From an uncultured Spirochaetota bacterium (GTDB lineage Bacteria; Spirochaetota; Spirochaetia; SZUA-6; Fen-1364): a stretch of 64,000 nt of DNA. The position numbers and the translations under genes are program-made. This document shows, in pieces, positions 31,407 to 41,860 of the stretch. Position 1 is the stretch's first letter. Every line of letters begins with the position of its first letter. The DNA is taken from the NCBI GenBank assembly GCA_963820525.1, contig CAWGAA010000002.1, positions 160,001-224,000 of the forward strand. Direction: 5' to 3'. A model generated the notes under the pieces. The model worked only from the letters and a program-made list of their open reading frames with translations. It was not told the origin of the DNA and did no database searches.

Positions 31407-32819
31407 CTACTTTCCTTCGTACCAGATCTTGCCGGCATCCCGGAAGGCCTTCTTGCCCGCGAGCCCCCTGTACGCGATCAGGGAGAACGCCGCGTACAAG
31501 GCGAAGCCCAGGAGGGTGAGCCACAGGTAGATGGGATTTCCCGTCGTTTGCCAATAGATGGGGAGGTTGATAAGCAGCACCATCGGGATGGCCAGGGCGA
31601 AGGTGATGCCCGAAGCGAACATGTAATCGCTCGCCACGGGCGAGGCGAACTCCGGATCGACCACGCGAAGGAGGGCGAGCCCCGTGGAGAGCGTTCCCGT
31701 CATGTTGCCGTAGATCATGATGGATCTGCCGAACTTGTGGTCCTCGAACAGGCGGGAGCAGGTCCAGATGCATGTGATGGTCGTGATGATTCCCCCGACG
31801 ATCCCGATGACGACGATGGGCATCCAGTAGCGGGAAACCGTTACGATGGTGATGGTTGCCACCGAGGCGGTGACCATCACGTCGACAGACGCTCCCGCGA
31901 TCCGGTTGAGGCTGCCCTCGTCGAGGGTGTAGTCGATGCGGGCCGCCTTCATCAGCCTCTTCACGAAGAGGGCGATCACCGCGGCGAAGATGAAAGAGAT
32001 GCCCCAGAGGGTATCGGCCAGCTGTTTGCCCAGCGCTCCGGCGAGAGAGACGGGATACGTGATGCCGCGCAGGAGCACGTAGGTGACGAGATAGATGGCG
32101 AGAATGACCGCGAGATTGTAGGACATCGAATCGATGGCTTCCGTGTCCGTGCGCAGGAGCGCCCCGACGGGCAGGCTCTCCTTCGGGCCGTAGATTCCCG
32201 TGCGCAGCTCCTTCTTGCTCATGCCGGCGAGGGACTTCTTCTCCAGCCAGCCCCTGCTCCTGCCGTAGTTGATGAGATAGACCCCGCCGATGCACCCCCA
32301 GATGTATCCCATTGCCGCGAATATGAGGCCGAGGTTTCCCGCGTTCTCGAATCCCGAGGATTCCCATGCCTTTCCGATGGCGAAGGATTGGCCGGGCCCC
32401 AGGCCGTAGCCGAGGGCCAGGAAGAAGCCGAAGTTGAGGAAGAGCTTCGGCATGGCGGCGACGATGATCAACGCCGTCAGCGCCAGTCCGACGATGACCT
32501 GGATGGTGTACTGGGAAACGATGGTCACGGCGGTGGCGAAGATCCGCTTTCCCGATCCCTTCACGGAGCCTTCCTTGAGGCTCATCGCGATAAAGGAGAG
32601 GTTCAACAGGTGGAAGACGAGGTTTCCCAGGCCGTCGCTGTTCATGCCGATGCGCGGCGCCAGGAAGTTGTAGAAGGGCAGGAGGAGAAAACCCGCCGTG
32701 AGGGCATTGGGGATGAGATAGCGCTGGAAAAAGGGGACCTTGGCTCTGACGAGCGTGGCAATGAGCAGGGCGAGGGAGATGAGCCCGAAATCGAGGAAGA
32801 TCGACCATGAGAAAGTCAT
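31407..32819 (-). CDS. sodium/glutamate symporter-like membrane transporter
   Basis: multi-pass membrane protein; LGYGLGPGQ, YGNMTGTLSTGLALLRVVDP. Confidence 0.75.
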   Translation of the reverse strand: MTFSWSIFLDFGLISLALLIATLVRAKVPFFQRYLIPNALTAGFLLLPFYNFLAPRIGMNSDGLGNLVFHLLNLSFIAMSLKEGSVKGSGKRIFATAVTIVSQYTIQVIVGLALTALIIVAAMPKLFLNFGFFLALGYGLGPGQSFAIGKAWESSGFENAGNLGLIFAAMGYIWGCIGGVYLINYGRSRGWLEKKSLAGMSKKELRTGIYGPKESLPVGALLRTDTEAIDSMSYNLAVILAIYLVTYVLLRGITYPVSLAGALGKQLADTLWGISFIFAAVIALFVKRLMKAARIDYTLDEGSLNRIAGASVDVMVTASVATITIVTVSRYWMPIVVIGIVGGIITTITCIWTCSRLFEDHKFGRSIMIYGNMTGTLSTGLALLRVVDPEFASPVASDYMFASGITFALAIPMVLLINLPIYWQTTGNPIYLWLTLLGFALYAAFSLIAYRGLAGKKAFRDAGKIWYEGK

Positions 32820-33014
32820 GCCGATATCACCCCCGGGCGTCCCCGGCATCTCGCGGGACAGCCCCCTTCAGGCCGGGAGTTTAGCAGGAATGAGGCGGGG
32901 TGTCGAGGAGCCGCGAAAGGCGCGGCCGTCAAAGGCGCGATCGGCCTCTGTACAGCGTGCGGTGTTTCCACTACCCTTGCGGGAGCAAATTGTACAAAGG
33001 TAGAAGGAGGCGGT

Positions 33015-35552
33015 ATGGGGCTTCTCAGCTTCACCGTCAAGCCGAACATCCCCGAGCAGCTCAAGGCGCTCGAGGAGCTTGCCAACAATCTGTGGATCAG
33101 CTGGAACTTCGAGGCGATCATGCTCTTCATGCGTCTCGACTACGAGACGTGGCTCGCTTCGCGCCAGAACCCGACGCGGATGCTCGGCATGGTCTCCCAG
33201 AAGAGGCTCGAGGAGGCGGCCACCGACGACTCGTTCCTCGCCGCCCTGGAAGCGGTTTACGGCAAGTTCAAGCGCTATCAGAGCGCCGAACGCTGGTACA
33301 CGGGGCCCATGGACAAGGTGATCGCCTACTTCTCCATGGAATACGGCCTGGACGTGGCGCTTCCCACGTATTCCGGCGGCCTGGGAGTCCTGTCGGGGGA
33401 CCATATGAAGACCTCCTCAGATCTGGGCCTTCCGCTGGTAGGAGTGGGCCTTCTCTACAGGCAGGGTTATTTCCAGCAATACCTCAACGTGGACGGTTTC
33501 CAGCAGGAGCTGTACCCGGAAAACGACTGGTACAACATGCCCGTTACGCTGTGCCGCGACGCCAAGGGCAAGCCCATCACCGTCGTCGTAGAGCTCGCCG
33601 ACAAGCCGGTTTCCGCGTGGATCTGGGAGGTGAAGGTGGGAAGGAACTCCCTCTACCTCCTGGACACGAACATCGAGTCAAACACTCCGCAGAGCCGTCC
33701 CGTCACCGCCTCGCTGTACGGCGGCGACAGGGAGACGAGGATCCAGCAGGAGATCCTCCTGGGAATGGGAGGGATCCGCGCGCTTCGCGCCCTGGGCCTG
33801 ACGCCGGCGGTGGTGCACATGAACGAAGGCCACTCCGCGTTCCTCGGCATCGAGCGCATCCGCCTGCTCATGCGGGAGGCCAAGCTCTCCTTTGCCGAGG
33901 CATGGCAGGCCGTGTGGTCCAGCTGCATCTTCACCACCCATACGCCGGTCCCGGCGGGCAACGAGCGTTTTTCTCCGAGCCTCATGGAGAAGTACTTCCG
34001 GCCCGTGTGCCAGGAGCTCGGCATGGTTTGGAAGGATTTTCTCGCGCTGGGCCGGGAAGACCCGAACAACGACGGGGAGGAGTTCTGCCTCACCGTGCTT
34101 GCGCTGAAACTTTCGGCCTACAACAATGGAGTGAGCAAGCTGCACGGCGAGGTGTCCCGCCACATGTGGCGGCGCATCTGGCCATCGCTCCCCCTCGACG
34201 AGATTCCCATCTCCCACGTCACCAACGGCGTTCACCCCCGTACCTGGGTCACCCACGACATGGTGGATCTCCTGGACCGGTACTTCGGCCCCGACTTCCA
34301 CGACGAGCCGACGAACCTGGCGGTGTGGGCCAGGATCAACCGGATCTCAGACGAGGAGCTGTGGCGGACCCACGAGCGGCGGCGCGAGCACATGGTGGCC
34401 TACGCCCGCTCGCGCCTCATGGCGCAGCTGGCGCGTCGCGGGGTTACCAACGCCGAGGTCTCCCAGGCCGAGGGTGCCCTGTCTCCCTATGCCCTCACGA
34501 TCAGCTTCGCTCGACGCTTCGCCACCTACAAGCGGGCGGACCTCCTCCTTCGAGACCCCGACAGGCTCACCCGGCTCCTCACGGACAAGGAAAAGCCCGT
34601 GCAGATGATCTTCGCGGGCAAGGCGCATCCTCACGACCTTGCCGGCAAGGAGATCATCAAGAGGATCATCCATTTCGCGAGCGAACCCCGGGTGCGCAGC
34701 CGGATCGTCTTCCTGGAGGACTACGACATGACCATGGCCCGCTACCTGGTGTCGGGAAGCGACCTGTGGCTCAACTGTCCCCGAAGGCCCCTGGAGGCGA
34801 GCGGGACCAGCGGCATGAAGGCGGCGATAAACGGCGTGCTCAACATCTCGGTGCTCGACGGCTGGTGGGACGAGGCTTTCTCCAAGGAAATCGGCTGGGC
34901 GATCGGACGCGGAGAGGAGTACGAGGACCAGTCTCTACAAGATGAGGTGGAGGGCAAGGCCCTCTACGACCTTCTGGAGCGCGAGATCGTCCCCCTGTTT
35001 TACACCCGCGGCATGGACGGTCTTCCCCGGGAATGGATCCGCATGATGAAGGCCTCGATGAGCCGCGTGGGGCAGGGCTTCAGCACCCACCGGATGCTGC
35101 TGGAGTACGCCCAGAGGTTCTACGAGCCGGCCCTCGCCAACTTTGCCGCTTTCACTGCCGACGGCTCCAGCCTGGCCAAGGAGATGGCGGCATACGTGGA
35201 GAAGCTGAAGGAGAACTGGGGCGCCCTTCGAATCGAGGAACTCACCTCCTCCAGCGCGTCGATCCTCAAGGTCGGCGACACCATCTCGATCCGCGCCAAG
35301 GTTTTTCTCGCCGGCCTGTCCTCAAGCGATGTCGCCGTGGAGCTGTACCACGGCACCCTCTCCTCCCAGGGTGAGATCGGGCAGCCGATGCGAAAGGAGA
35401 TGACCGCCTGCGGCCGCGACGGGCAGAGCTCGATCTATTGCGTCGATCTGATCTGCGAGGCCACGGGGAGACAGGGTTTCACCCTGCGGATCCTGCCCAA
35501 GCACAGGGCCCTGGTGCACCCATTCCTTCCCGGCCTGGTCAAATGGGGCTGA
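33015..35552 (+). CDS. glgP: alpha-glucan (glycogen/maltodextrin) phosphorylase
   Basis: AYFSMEYG, YSGGLGVLSGD, HMNEGH, FARRFATYKR, EASGTSGMK. Confidence 0.95.
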   Translation: MGLLSFTVKPNIPEQLKALEELANNLWISWNFEAIMLFMRLDYETWLASRQNPTRMLGMVSQKRLEEAATDDSFLAALEAVYGKFKRYQSAERWYTGPMDKVIAYFSMEYGLDVALPTYSGGLGVLSGDHMKTSSDLGLPLVGVGLLYRQGYFQQYLNVDGFQQELYPENDWYNMPVTLCRDAKGKPITVVVELADKPVSAWIWEVKVGRNSLYLLDTNIESNTPQSRPVTASLYGGDRETRIQQEILLGMGGIRALRALGLTPAVVHMNEGHSAFLGIERIRLLMREAKLSFAEAWQAVWSSCIFTTHTPVPAGNERFSPSLMEKYFRPVCQELGMVWKDFLALGREDPNNDGEEFCLTVLALKLSAYNNGVSKLHGEVSRHMWRRIWPSLPLDEIPISHVTNGVHPRTWVTHDMVDLLDRYFGPDFHDEPTNLAVWARINRISDEELWRTHERRREHMVAYARSRLMAQLARRGVTNAEVSQAEGALSPYALTISFARRFATYKRADLLLRDPDRLTRLLTDKEKPVQMIFAGKAHPHDLAGKEIIKRIIHFASEPRVRSRIVFLEDYDMTMARYLVSGSDLWLNCPRRPLEASGTSGMKAAINGVLNISVLDGWWDEAFSKEIGWAIGRGEEYEDQSLQDEVEGKALYDLLEREIVPLFYTRGMDGLPREWIRMMKASMSRVGQGFSTHRMLLEYAQRFYEPALANFAAFTADGSSLAKEMAAYVEKLKENWGALRIEELTSSSASILKVGDTISIRAKVFLAGLSSSDVAVELYHGTLSSQGEIGQPMRKEMTACGRDGQSSIYCVDLICEATGRQGFTLRILPKHRALVHPFLPGLVKWG

Positions 35553-36243
35553 AGCTGAAGAGCCCTTCCAGGACCACGAAGAGCACGATGAGGAGGAGGG
35601 CGGGAAGGAAGTTGGCCGTTTTCAGCTTGGCAAGCCCCAGCAGGTTGACGCCGATCATCAGGACGAGCGCTCCCCCCACCCCGGTGAGCTCCCGCAGGAG
35701 AATGTCCGAGACCAGCGGTTTCAGCCACGCGGCGGCAAGCGTCAGCGCCCCCTGGTAGACGAGGACCGTTACGGCCGAGAACGCCACCCCGATTCCCAGC
35801 GCCGCGGTGAGCATGACGGCCATGAACCCGTCCAGAACCGACTTGGTCAGGATGAGGGTGTAGTCGCCCTCCGTTCCCGCCTTGAAGGATCCGACGAGCG
35901 CCATTGCCCCCACGCAGAACAGGACCGATGCCGTGAGGAACGCGTAGGCGAAATCCTTTCCGCTCTCCTTGCGAGCGAAGGTCCGCTTGAGCGCCTCTCC
36001 CAGCGCGAGAATTCCGTCCTCGATCTTCCACCACTCTCCCAGTATTCCGCCGATGATGAGCGACAGGGCGAGAAAAACGATCTTCGAGCTCTCCAGGGCC
36101 ATTTTGACGCCCAGGATGACGGTCATGATCCCGGCGCCGACGTAGACGATGTTCTTGAACGACTCCTTTATCCTTGCGTGCAGGAGAAGCCCGATGATAG
36201 ATCCGAGGATGACTGCGGCTGCGTTGATGACGGTGGCGATCAT
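35539..36243 (-). CDS. DUF554-family membrane protein
   Basis: ATVINAAAVILGS, LFCVGAM, KSVLDG, ANFLPAL. Confidence 0.85.
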   Translation of the reverse strand: MIATVINAAAVILGSIIGLLLHARIKESFKNIVYVGAGIMTVILGVKMALESSKIVFLALSLIIGGILGEWWKIEDGILALGEALKRTFARKESGKDFAYAFLTASVLFCVGAMALVGSFKAGTEGDYTLILTKSVLDGFMAVMLTAALGIGVAFSAVTVLVYQGALTLAAAWLKPLVSDILLRELTGVGGALVLMIGVNLLGLAKLKTANFLPALLLIVLFVVLEGLFSFSPI

Positions 36244-36373
36244 GGCAAGGCACGATAGCTGAATTCGAGGCCAAAGGGAAGCGTCCACGAAGCCGCGGGG
36301 AGCGTCTCACCGCCGGCCATGTCGGCCCCAAGCCCTTGTCGGACGACTCCAAAACCCGTAGAATCCGCAGGCT

Positions 36374-36832
36374 GTGAGAGTACGCAACGCCGCGGCCGCC
36401 GTAGTGATCTTCGCCTCGCTTCTCTTCTGTCCCTCGATGTTCGCCGACGATGTCGACCCGGCTTCGATCATCGGCATGGAATTGAAGCAGGCATTCGACG
36501 CCTTCGGCGCTCCCCGGGAAGTCTTTTCCTTCCGGGGACCCGAGGAGTGGCAGGACAACGTCGTGTTCTTCTATCCCAATTACACCTATCTTTTCTGGTA
36601 CAGGAACAGGGTGTGGCAGGTACGATGTGACGGGAGGTTCGGCGGAACGCTTTTCGGGCTCTCTTTCGGCATGGGCCGCGAGGCTGTGAAGGAGAAGCTC
36701 GGGCGGCCGCTCGCCGACCAGGACGGCTCGCTTTACTTCGACATCGACGGGGGGAAGTATCCCATCCGCGTTCGCCTCGTTTTCGCCGCGGAAAGCCTTT
36801 CCGACGTCTACGTGTACAGGAGCGACTTTTGA
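36374..36832 (+). CDS. hypothetical exported protein
   Basis: signal peptide; stop overlaps the start of the aroD-aroE fusion. Confidence 0.7.
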   Translation: MRVRNAAAAVVIFASLLFCPSMFADDVDPASIIGMELKQAFDAFGAPREVFSFRGPEEWQDNVVFFYPNYTYLFWYRNRVWQVRCDGRFGGTLFGLSFGMGREAVKEKLGRPLADQDGSLYFDIDGGKYPIRVRLVFAAESLSDVYVYRSDF

Positions 36833-38376
36833 AGACGCGCGCGTCAAGCTTCGATGCGCCCCTCGACGGAGCGAATCTCTGCCTCTGCCTGACGGGACGC
36901 TCCATCGAGGAGGACCTCCAGATCGTTCGTGAACACGGCAGGCATGCCGACCTCCTGGAGCTTCGCGTCGATTTTCTCTCCGCCGGCGAGCGCTCCCTCG
37001 CCTCGCGAATACCCGGGCTTGTCCGGCTTCCCGTGATCCTCACGGTCCGCCGGACCAAGGAAGGGGGGCAGTTCGCGGGTGAGGAATCCGAGAGGGTCTC
37101 CCTTTTACGGCGGCTTGTTTCCAGCGGCTTCGCTTTCGCGGATCTCGAGGAGGATCTGGAGGCCCCGGAGCTCGACCAGGCGGCGCGCGCGGCCGGATGC
37201 CGCGTCATCCGCTCGCTGCACGATACCGGCGGAGTTCCAGAGGACCTGGCGCGGCGGCTCGCCTGCATTGCGCGAAACCGGCAGGAGATCGCCAAGGCGG
37301 CCGTCACTCCCTGCGGCGCCGAGGAGCTCCGGCGGCTTCTGGGTGTGTTCGCGGAAACGCGCGGGATGGCGAAGATCCTCATTGGAATGGGCGAGGTGGG
37401 TTTTCCCACCCGCGTGCTGGCGGGCAAGCTCGGCTCCCTGGTGTCCTACTCATCGGGCCCGGGGAGGAACGCCGCGCCCGGGCAGACGGATCCCGGGACC
37501 CTTCACGATCTGTATCGCTTCCATTCCATCGGGGCAGAGACCGCGGTGTTCGGGGTGATCGGCGATCCCATTGCCCACACGCTTTCGCCCCTGATCCACA
37601 ACAGGGGATTCGCGGCGCTGGGAATGGACGCCGTTTACCTGCCGTTTCTCGTGGATGAACCGGCGCCGTTCCTGAAGGCGGCCGAGACGCTGGATATCCG
37701 GGGCTTTTCCGTCACGATCCCGCACAAGCAGGCCGTCATCCCGCTGCTTGAGCGGCGCGACCGGTTCGTGGAATCGGCCGGTGCGTGCAACACGGTGATG
37801 AAGAGCCCCACCGGGTGGAGCGGATTCAACACCGATTCCGAAGGCTTTCTCTCCCCCCTGCGCCAGGAGCTGGGCGGCGAGATCCCGCCCGGATTGAAGG
37901 CCACCGTGATCGGCGCCGGAGGGGCTTCCCGGGCAGTTGTGTCGGCTCTCCGCGAGCATGGTGCCCGGGTCCTCGTCCTCAACCGCACCCCGGGGAGGGC
38001 CGAAGAGCTTGCGCGCGCCTTCGATGCCAGCTGGGCCTGCCTTGACGAGAATGGCATTGGACTGATGAGCGCCTACTCGGACCTCATCGTGCAGACGACG
38101 AGCGTGGGGATGGAGCCGGAGCCCGATGGCGACCCCGCGCCGGGATATCTTTTCACGGGCCGTGAAGTCGCCTACGATCTGGTGTACAGACCCGCAGTGA
38201 CGCGTTTTCTTTCCCGGGCGCGCGCGGCGGGATGCCGCATCGTTTTGGGATCCCGCATGCTCCTGGCCCAGGCTTTTGCGCAGTTCAAGCTGTTCACGGG
38301 GCGCGAGTATCCCGGGGAAATCGCGGCGGGGTTGGAGGAAGAGATGGGACTCGGGAGCGCGGCGTGGCAGATATGA
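36829..38376 (+). CDS. aroE: bifunctional type I 3-dehydroquinate dehydratase / shikimate dehydrogenase (aroD-aroE fusion)
   Basis: ELRVD, IRSLHD, AAPGQ; HTLSPLIHN, SVTIPHK, GACNT, NTD, GAGGAS, NRT, DLVY. Confidence 0.9.
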   Translation: MKTRASSFDAPLDGANLCLCLTGRSIEEDLQIVREHGRHADLLELRVDFLSAGERSLASRIPGLVRLPVILTVRRTKEGGQFAGEESERVSLLRRLVSSGFAFADLEEDLEAPELDQAARAAGCRVIRSLHDTGGVPEDLARRLACIARNRQEIAKAAVTPCGAEELRRLLGVFAETRGMAKILIGMGEVGFPTRVLAGKLGSLVSYSSGPGRNAAPGQTDPGTLHDLYRFHSIGAETAVFGVIGDPIAHTLSPLIHNRGFAALGMDAVYLPFLVDEPAPFLKAAETLDIRGFSVTIPHKQAVIPLLERRDRFVESAGACNTVMKSPTGWSGFNTDSEGFLSPLRQELGGEIPPGLKATVIGAGGASRAVVSALREHGARVLVLNRTPGRAEELARAFDASWACLDENGIGLMSAYSDLIVQTTSVGMEPEPDGDPAPGYLFTGREVAYDLVYRPAVTRFLSRARAAGCRIVLGSRMLLAQAFAQFKLFTGREYPGEIAAGLEEEMGLGSAAWQI

Positions 38377-39323
38377 AATTCCCCATCAACCCGGAAGAGC
38401 TTTCGGAGATCGTGGCCGTCTGCGATCAGGACGGGATCATTCTCTGGTGGAACCGGGCCGGCAGCGAAATCACGGGATTCTCCGCGGATGATCTTGCGGG
38501 ATATCACGTCGAATCGCTTTTCTCTGAAGAATCCCGGGGGGGCCTCGCTGAAATCCTCAGCCTGCGCAGGACGGGAACCATCCTGCCGGGAATGCCTCTC
38601 CGCCTTCTCACCAACTACGGGATGGAGGTGCCGGTGGAGGCGACTTCCCTCCCTCGCTACAAGGAGGGAACGTTCGACGGATGGCTGCTGATCCTGCGGG
38701 ACGTCACCCTGAAGGTTCAGCAGGTCGGGCAGCTCGACAAGCTGGATCTCCTCTATAGAAGCCTCGTGGAGAACTCGCCGGCCATCGTCTATGTGCTCGA
38801 TGATCAGGGCAAGCTGATTTTCGTCAACGACACGGCGGAGCTCCTCTTGGGCTACGCCAAGGCGGAGCTCATCGGGCGCGAGCTCTCGGACTTCGTACAC
38901 CCCGAGGACAGGGCGCGTGCATACTGGCCGCTTCGGGAGCGCAGGCGTTTCCCCCGCGCCACGCAGAACTGCGAGTTCCGCTTCGTGACCAAAGCCGGCA
39001 CCACCCGCCGCTTCGATCTCGATTACCTCTACGTCTCCCTCAACAGCATCGGCCTGCAGGATCCCGTCTCGGCTCCGGGGCAGGATCAGGCCCTCTCTCT
39101 CGGCACTCAGGGCATTGCGCGCGACATCACGGAGCTGGTCATGTTCCGCGAGTTCTCCCGGCAGGTCTCGCTGATCCTTCCCATCTGCAGCGTTTGCCAC
39201 AAGATCCGGGTGGAAATAAAGGGCGGCGAGGAATGGGTTCCCCTCGATTCGTATATCTCGGGCAAGACCACCACGCGCTTCTCCCACACCTTCTGCCCCG
39301 ATCATATGCCGAAGGCGGAGTGA
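38373..39323 (+). CDS. tandem PAS-domain protein with a C-terminal Cys/His motif
   Basis: two PAS repeats (WNRAGSEITGFS; VNDTAELLLGY..FVHPED..GIARDIT); LPICSVCHKIR...FSHTFCPDH. Confidence 0.8.
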   Translation: MKFPINPEELSEIVAVCDQDGIILWWNRAGSEITGFSADDLAGYHVESLFSEESRGGLAEILSLRRTGTILPGMPLRLLTNYGMEVPVEATSLPRYKEGTFDGWLLILRDVTLKVQQVGQLDKLDLLYRSLVENSPAIVYVLDDQGKLIFVNDTAELLLGYAKAELIGRELSDFVHPEDRARAYWPLRERRRFPRATQNCEFRFVTKAGTTRRFDLDYLYVSLNSIGLQDPVSAPGQDQALSLGTQGIARDITELVMFREFSRQVSLILPICSVCHKIRVEIKGGEEWVPLDSYISGKTTTRFSHTFCPDHMPKAE

Positions 39324-39416
39324 AGCCGCTCCATCGAGAATATTTTCACGATTACGGCTTGACTCATTTTTCTTTTTTTGTACTATTATGCAAACCTTCA
39401 TCAAGAGAGGAAAACG

Positions 39417-40493
39417 ATGCCGCACAAGAAACTCTTCATCCCAGGGCCTACCGAAGTCCATCCCGACATCCTGGCCGCCATGGCCACTCCCATGATCGGG
39501 CACAGAGGATCCGAGTACACGGAGCTGCAGAAGCGCGCCACAGAAAAGGTGCAGAAGCTTCTCTTTACCGCCAATCCCGTGCTCTTCTCCGCCTCATCGG
39601 GAAGCGGGTTGATGGAAGGGGCGATTCGCTGCAGCACCGCCAAGCGTGCCATCGTTTTCTCCGTCGGCACCTTTGGAAACCGCTGGCACGAGATCGCCGA
39701 AGGCAATGGAGTTCCCTCGGACAAGCACGAGGTGGAGTGGGGCACCGGGATCACCCCGAAGATCGTGGAGCAGTACCTGTCCACGGGCAAGTACGACTGC
39801 GCCACCGTCACCCACAGCGAAACCTCCACCGGAGTCATGAACAATCTCGAGGAGCTGGCCCCCGTGTTCAAGAAATACCCCGAGGTGGTGTGGTGCATCG
39901 ACGCGGTGTCCTCGGCGGGCGGAGTCAAGATAGAGACCGACAAGCTGGGAATCGACATCCTGGTCACCTCCAGCCAGAAATGCCTCGGCCTGCCCCCCGG
40001 GCTGAGCCTCGCCACGCTCTCCCCCAAGGCGGAGGAGCGCGCCAAGGGGGTGAAGAACCGCGGCTACTACTTCGACCTCCTTCAGCTCTTGAAGTTCATC
40101 CGGGAGAAGAACTACCAGTATCCCTCCACGATGAGCATCTCCCACATGTTCGCCCTGGATCGGCAGCTGGACAGGATGATGGCCGAAGGCTTCGACGCGC
40201 GGTTCAAGAGGCATGCCGAGATGGCGGCCATCGTCCAGGAGTGGGCAAAGAAGTATTTCGCCCTGTATCCCGAAGAGAAGCTCGCCTCCAAGACCGTGAC
40301 GTGCATCAAGAACACGCGCGGCATCGTGGTGGCGGATCTCAACAAGGAGCTGGGAAAGCGCAACCTTCAGCTCTCCAACGGCTACGGAAAGCTCAAGGAG
40401 CAGACCTTCCGCATCGCCCACATGGGAGACCTTCAGAAGAGCGACATCAACGAGCTTCTCACGGCCGTCCAGGACATCCTGAAGCTGAAATGA
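39417..40493 (+). CDS. class V PLP aminotransferase (alanine-glyoxylate/serine-pyruvate family)
   Basis: LFIPGPT, HSETSTG, DAVSS, SSQKCLGLPPG, FRIAHMG. Confidence 0.92.
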   Translation: MPHKKLFIPGPTEVHPDILAAMATPMIGHRGSEYTELQKRATEKVQKLLFTANPVLFSASSGSGLMEGAIRCSTAKRAIVFSVGTFGNRWHEIAEGNGVPSDKHEVEWGTGITPKIVEQYLSTGKYDCATVTHSETSTGVMNNLEELAPVFKKYPEVVWCIDAVSSAGGVKIETDKLGIDILVTSSQKCLGLPPGLSLATLSPKAEERAKGVKNRGYYFDLLQLLKFIREKNYQYPSTMSISHMFALDRQLDRMMAEGFDARFKRHAEMAAIVQEWAKKYFALYPEEKLASKTVTCIKNTRGIVVADLNKELGKRNLQLSNGYGKLKEQTFRIAHMGDLQKSDINELLTAVQDILKLK

Positions 40494-40550
40494 TCGGCTC
40501 ACGGCCGCCTTCGCTGCCGTCTTAGCAGTGCGCCCGGCAGGACGCACTAG

Positions 40551-40691
40551 AAAACAGGCAGCAGATGGCTCCGCTGCCTGTCCAAATCTGCTCCCCCTAT
40601 TGGACGAGCTTAGAACATATTACTATGAGCACGGGATTGAGGAGATACCAGCTCTTCTCGCCGTTTGACAAGCGTGTTCGAGCCGGTTTCT
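40551..40691 (+). repeat. left 141-bp inverted repeat of the island (att-like junction plus terminator)
   Basis: reverse complement of 46810-46950 with 2 mismatches. Confidence 0.92.
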
Positions 40692-40723
40692 GCTCCCCCG
40701 GACGGACTCGAACCGCCGACCTA

Positions 40724-41860
40724 GTGTAGTGCGTCACAAATCTATTGACATATGTCTCGCTTCCTTGTATACTACCCTTGAAATGAGCAGGAAAGCCCAA
40801 GCGATTATACTCTGCGAAGCCGAGCGCGGGACGCTGGACACGTGGAAACACAGTAGAAGTCTCCCTCACCGGCAGGTGATTCGCGCACAGATCATCACAC
40901 GAGCGGCTGATGGCCAAGACAGTCAGGACATCGCCAGGGCTTTGCACGTGTCACGTCCCACGGTTCAGCTTTGGTGTCAGCGATTTCTCGCCCTGCGCGT
41001 GGAGGGTTTGCTGAAGGACGCGCCCCGGCCGGGAAGAAATCCCCGCATCTCAGCAGGAAAAATCAAGAAAGTGGTAGAGGCAACCTTGCACAGTACTCCC
41101 GCAAACGCCACCCATTGGAGTACGCGGAGCATGGCCAGAGCACAGAAACTCTCCGAAGCCAGTATTCGCCGCATCTGGAAACAACACAATCTCAAACCCC
41201 ATCTGGTGGAAACGTTCAAACTCAGTCGTGATAAAAACTTCGTGGAGAAGCTGAAGGACGTAGTCGGACTGTATCTGAATCCACCGGATAAGGCTCTTGT
41301 ATTATGTGTGGATGAAAAGAGCCAGATTCAAGCGCTCGACCGAACCCAGCCGCTGTTGCCCATGCGGCCGGGTGTTCCAGCTCGTCAGTCGCACGACTAT
41401 AAACGCAACGGCACGACAACGTTGTTCGCCGCTCTGAGCATGCTGGATGGACGGGTCATCGGTGATTGCATGCCACGGCATCGGCATCAGGAGTTCATCC
41501 GGTTTCTGAAAAAAATCGATGTCGAGACACCACCAGAATTGGAGCTTCACCTGATCGTGGACAACTACGGGACTCACAAACATGCTCGGGTGAAAGCATG
41601 GATTCAACGCCACCCCCGCTACCATCTGCATTTCATCCCGACGTCTAGTTCGTGGTTGAATATGGTCGAACGCTGGTTTCGTGAGATAACCGATAAAAGA
41701 ATTCGTCGTGGGACTTTCCCCAACGTCCAGACTCTGATTGCGGCTATTAAGCAGTACCTTGAGAATCACAATCAAAACCCGCAAGCCTTCGTCTGGAGTG
41801 CCCCGGTTGCGCATCCTCGCCAAAATCGCCAAATGTAAAGAAGCGTGAGACGCACTACAC
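40724..41860 (+). mobile_element. IS630-family insertion sequence
   Basis: terminal IRs GTGTAGTGCGTC[A/T]CA; TA duplication at 40722-23 and 41861-62 within a CTAG target. Confidence 0.92.
40783..41838 (+). CDS. IS630 transposase (extreme C-terminus probably frameshifted)
   Basis: DAPRPGR, THWSTR, CVDEKSQIQAL, IVDNYGTHK, PTSSSWLNMVE; RILAKIAKCKEA* lies in another frame. Confidence 0.93.
   Translation: MSRKAQAIILCEAERGTLDTWKHSRSLPHRQVIRAQIITRAADGQDSQDIARALHVSRPTVQLWCQRFLALRVEGLLKDAPRPGRNPRISAGKIKKVVEATLHSTPANATHWSTRSMARAQKLSEASIRRIWKQHNLKPHLVETFKLSRDKNFVEKLKDVVGLYLNPPDKALVLCVDEKSQIQALDRTQPLLPMRPGVPARQSHDYKRNGTTTLFAALSMLDGRVIGDCMPRHRHQEFIRFLKKIDVETPPELELHLIVDNYGTHKHARVKAWIQRHPRYHLHFIPTSSSWLNMVERWFREITDKRIRRGTFPNVQTLIAAIKQYLENHNQNPQAFVWSAPVAHPRQNRQM

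Noticed and set aside
40499..40550. Target-site duplication flanking the island (TCACGGC.GCC...AGTGCG.CC.GC, similar at 46950-46987)
   Set aside because: The similarity is short, gapped and partly palindromic, so it cannot define a TSD. It may be a degenerate REP-like hairpin.
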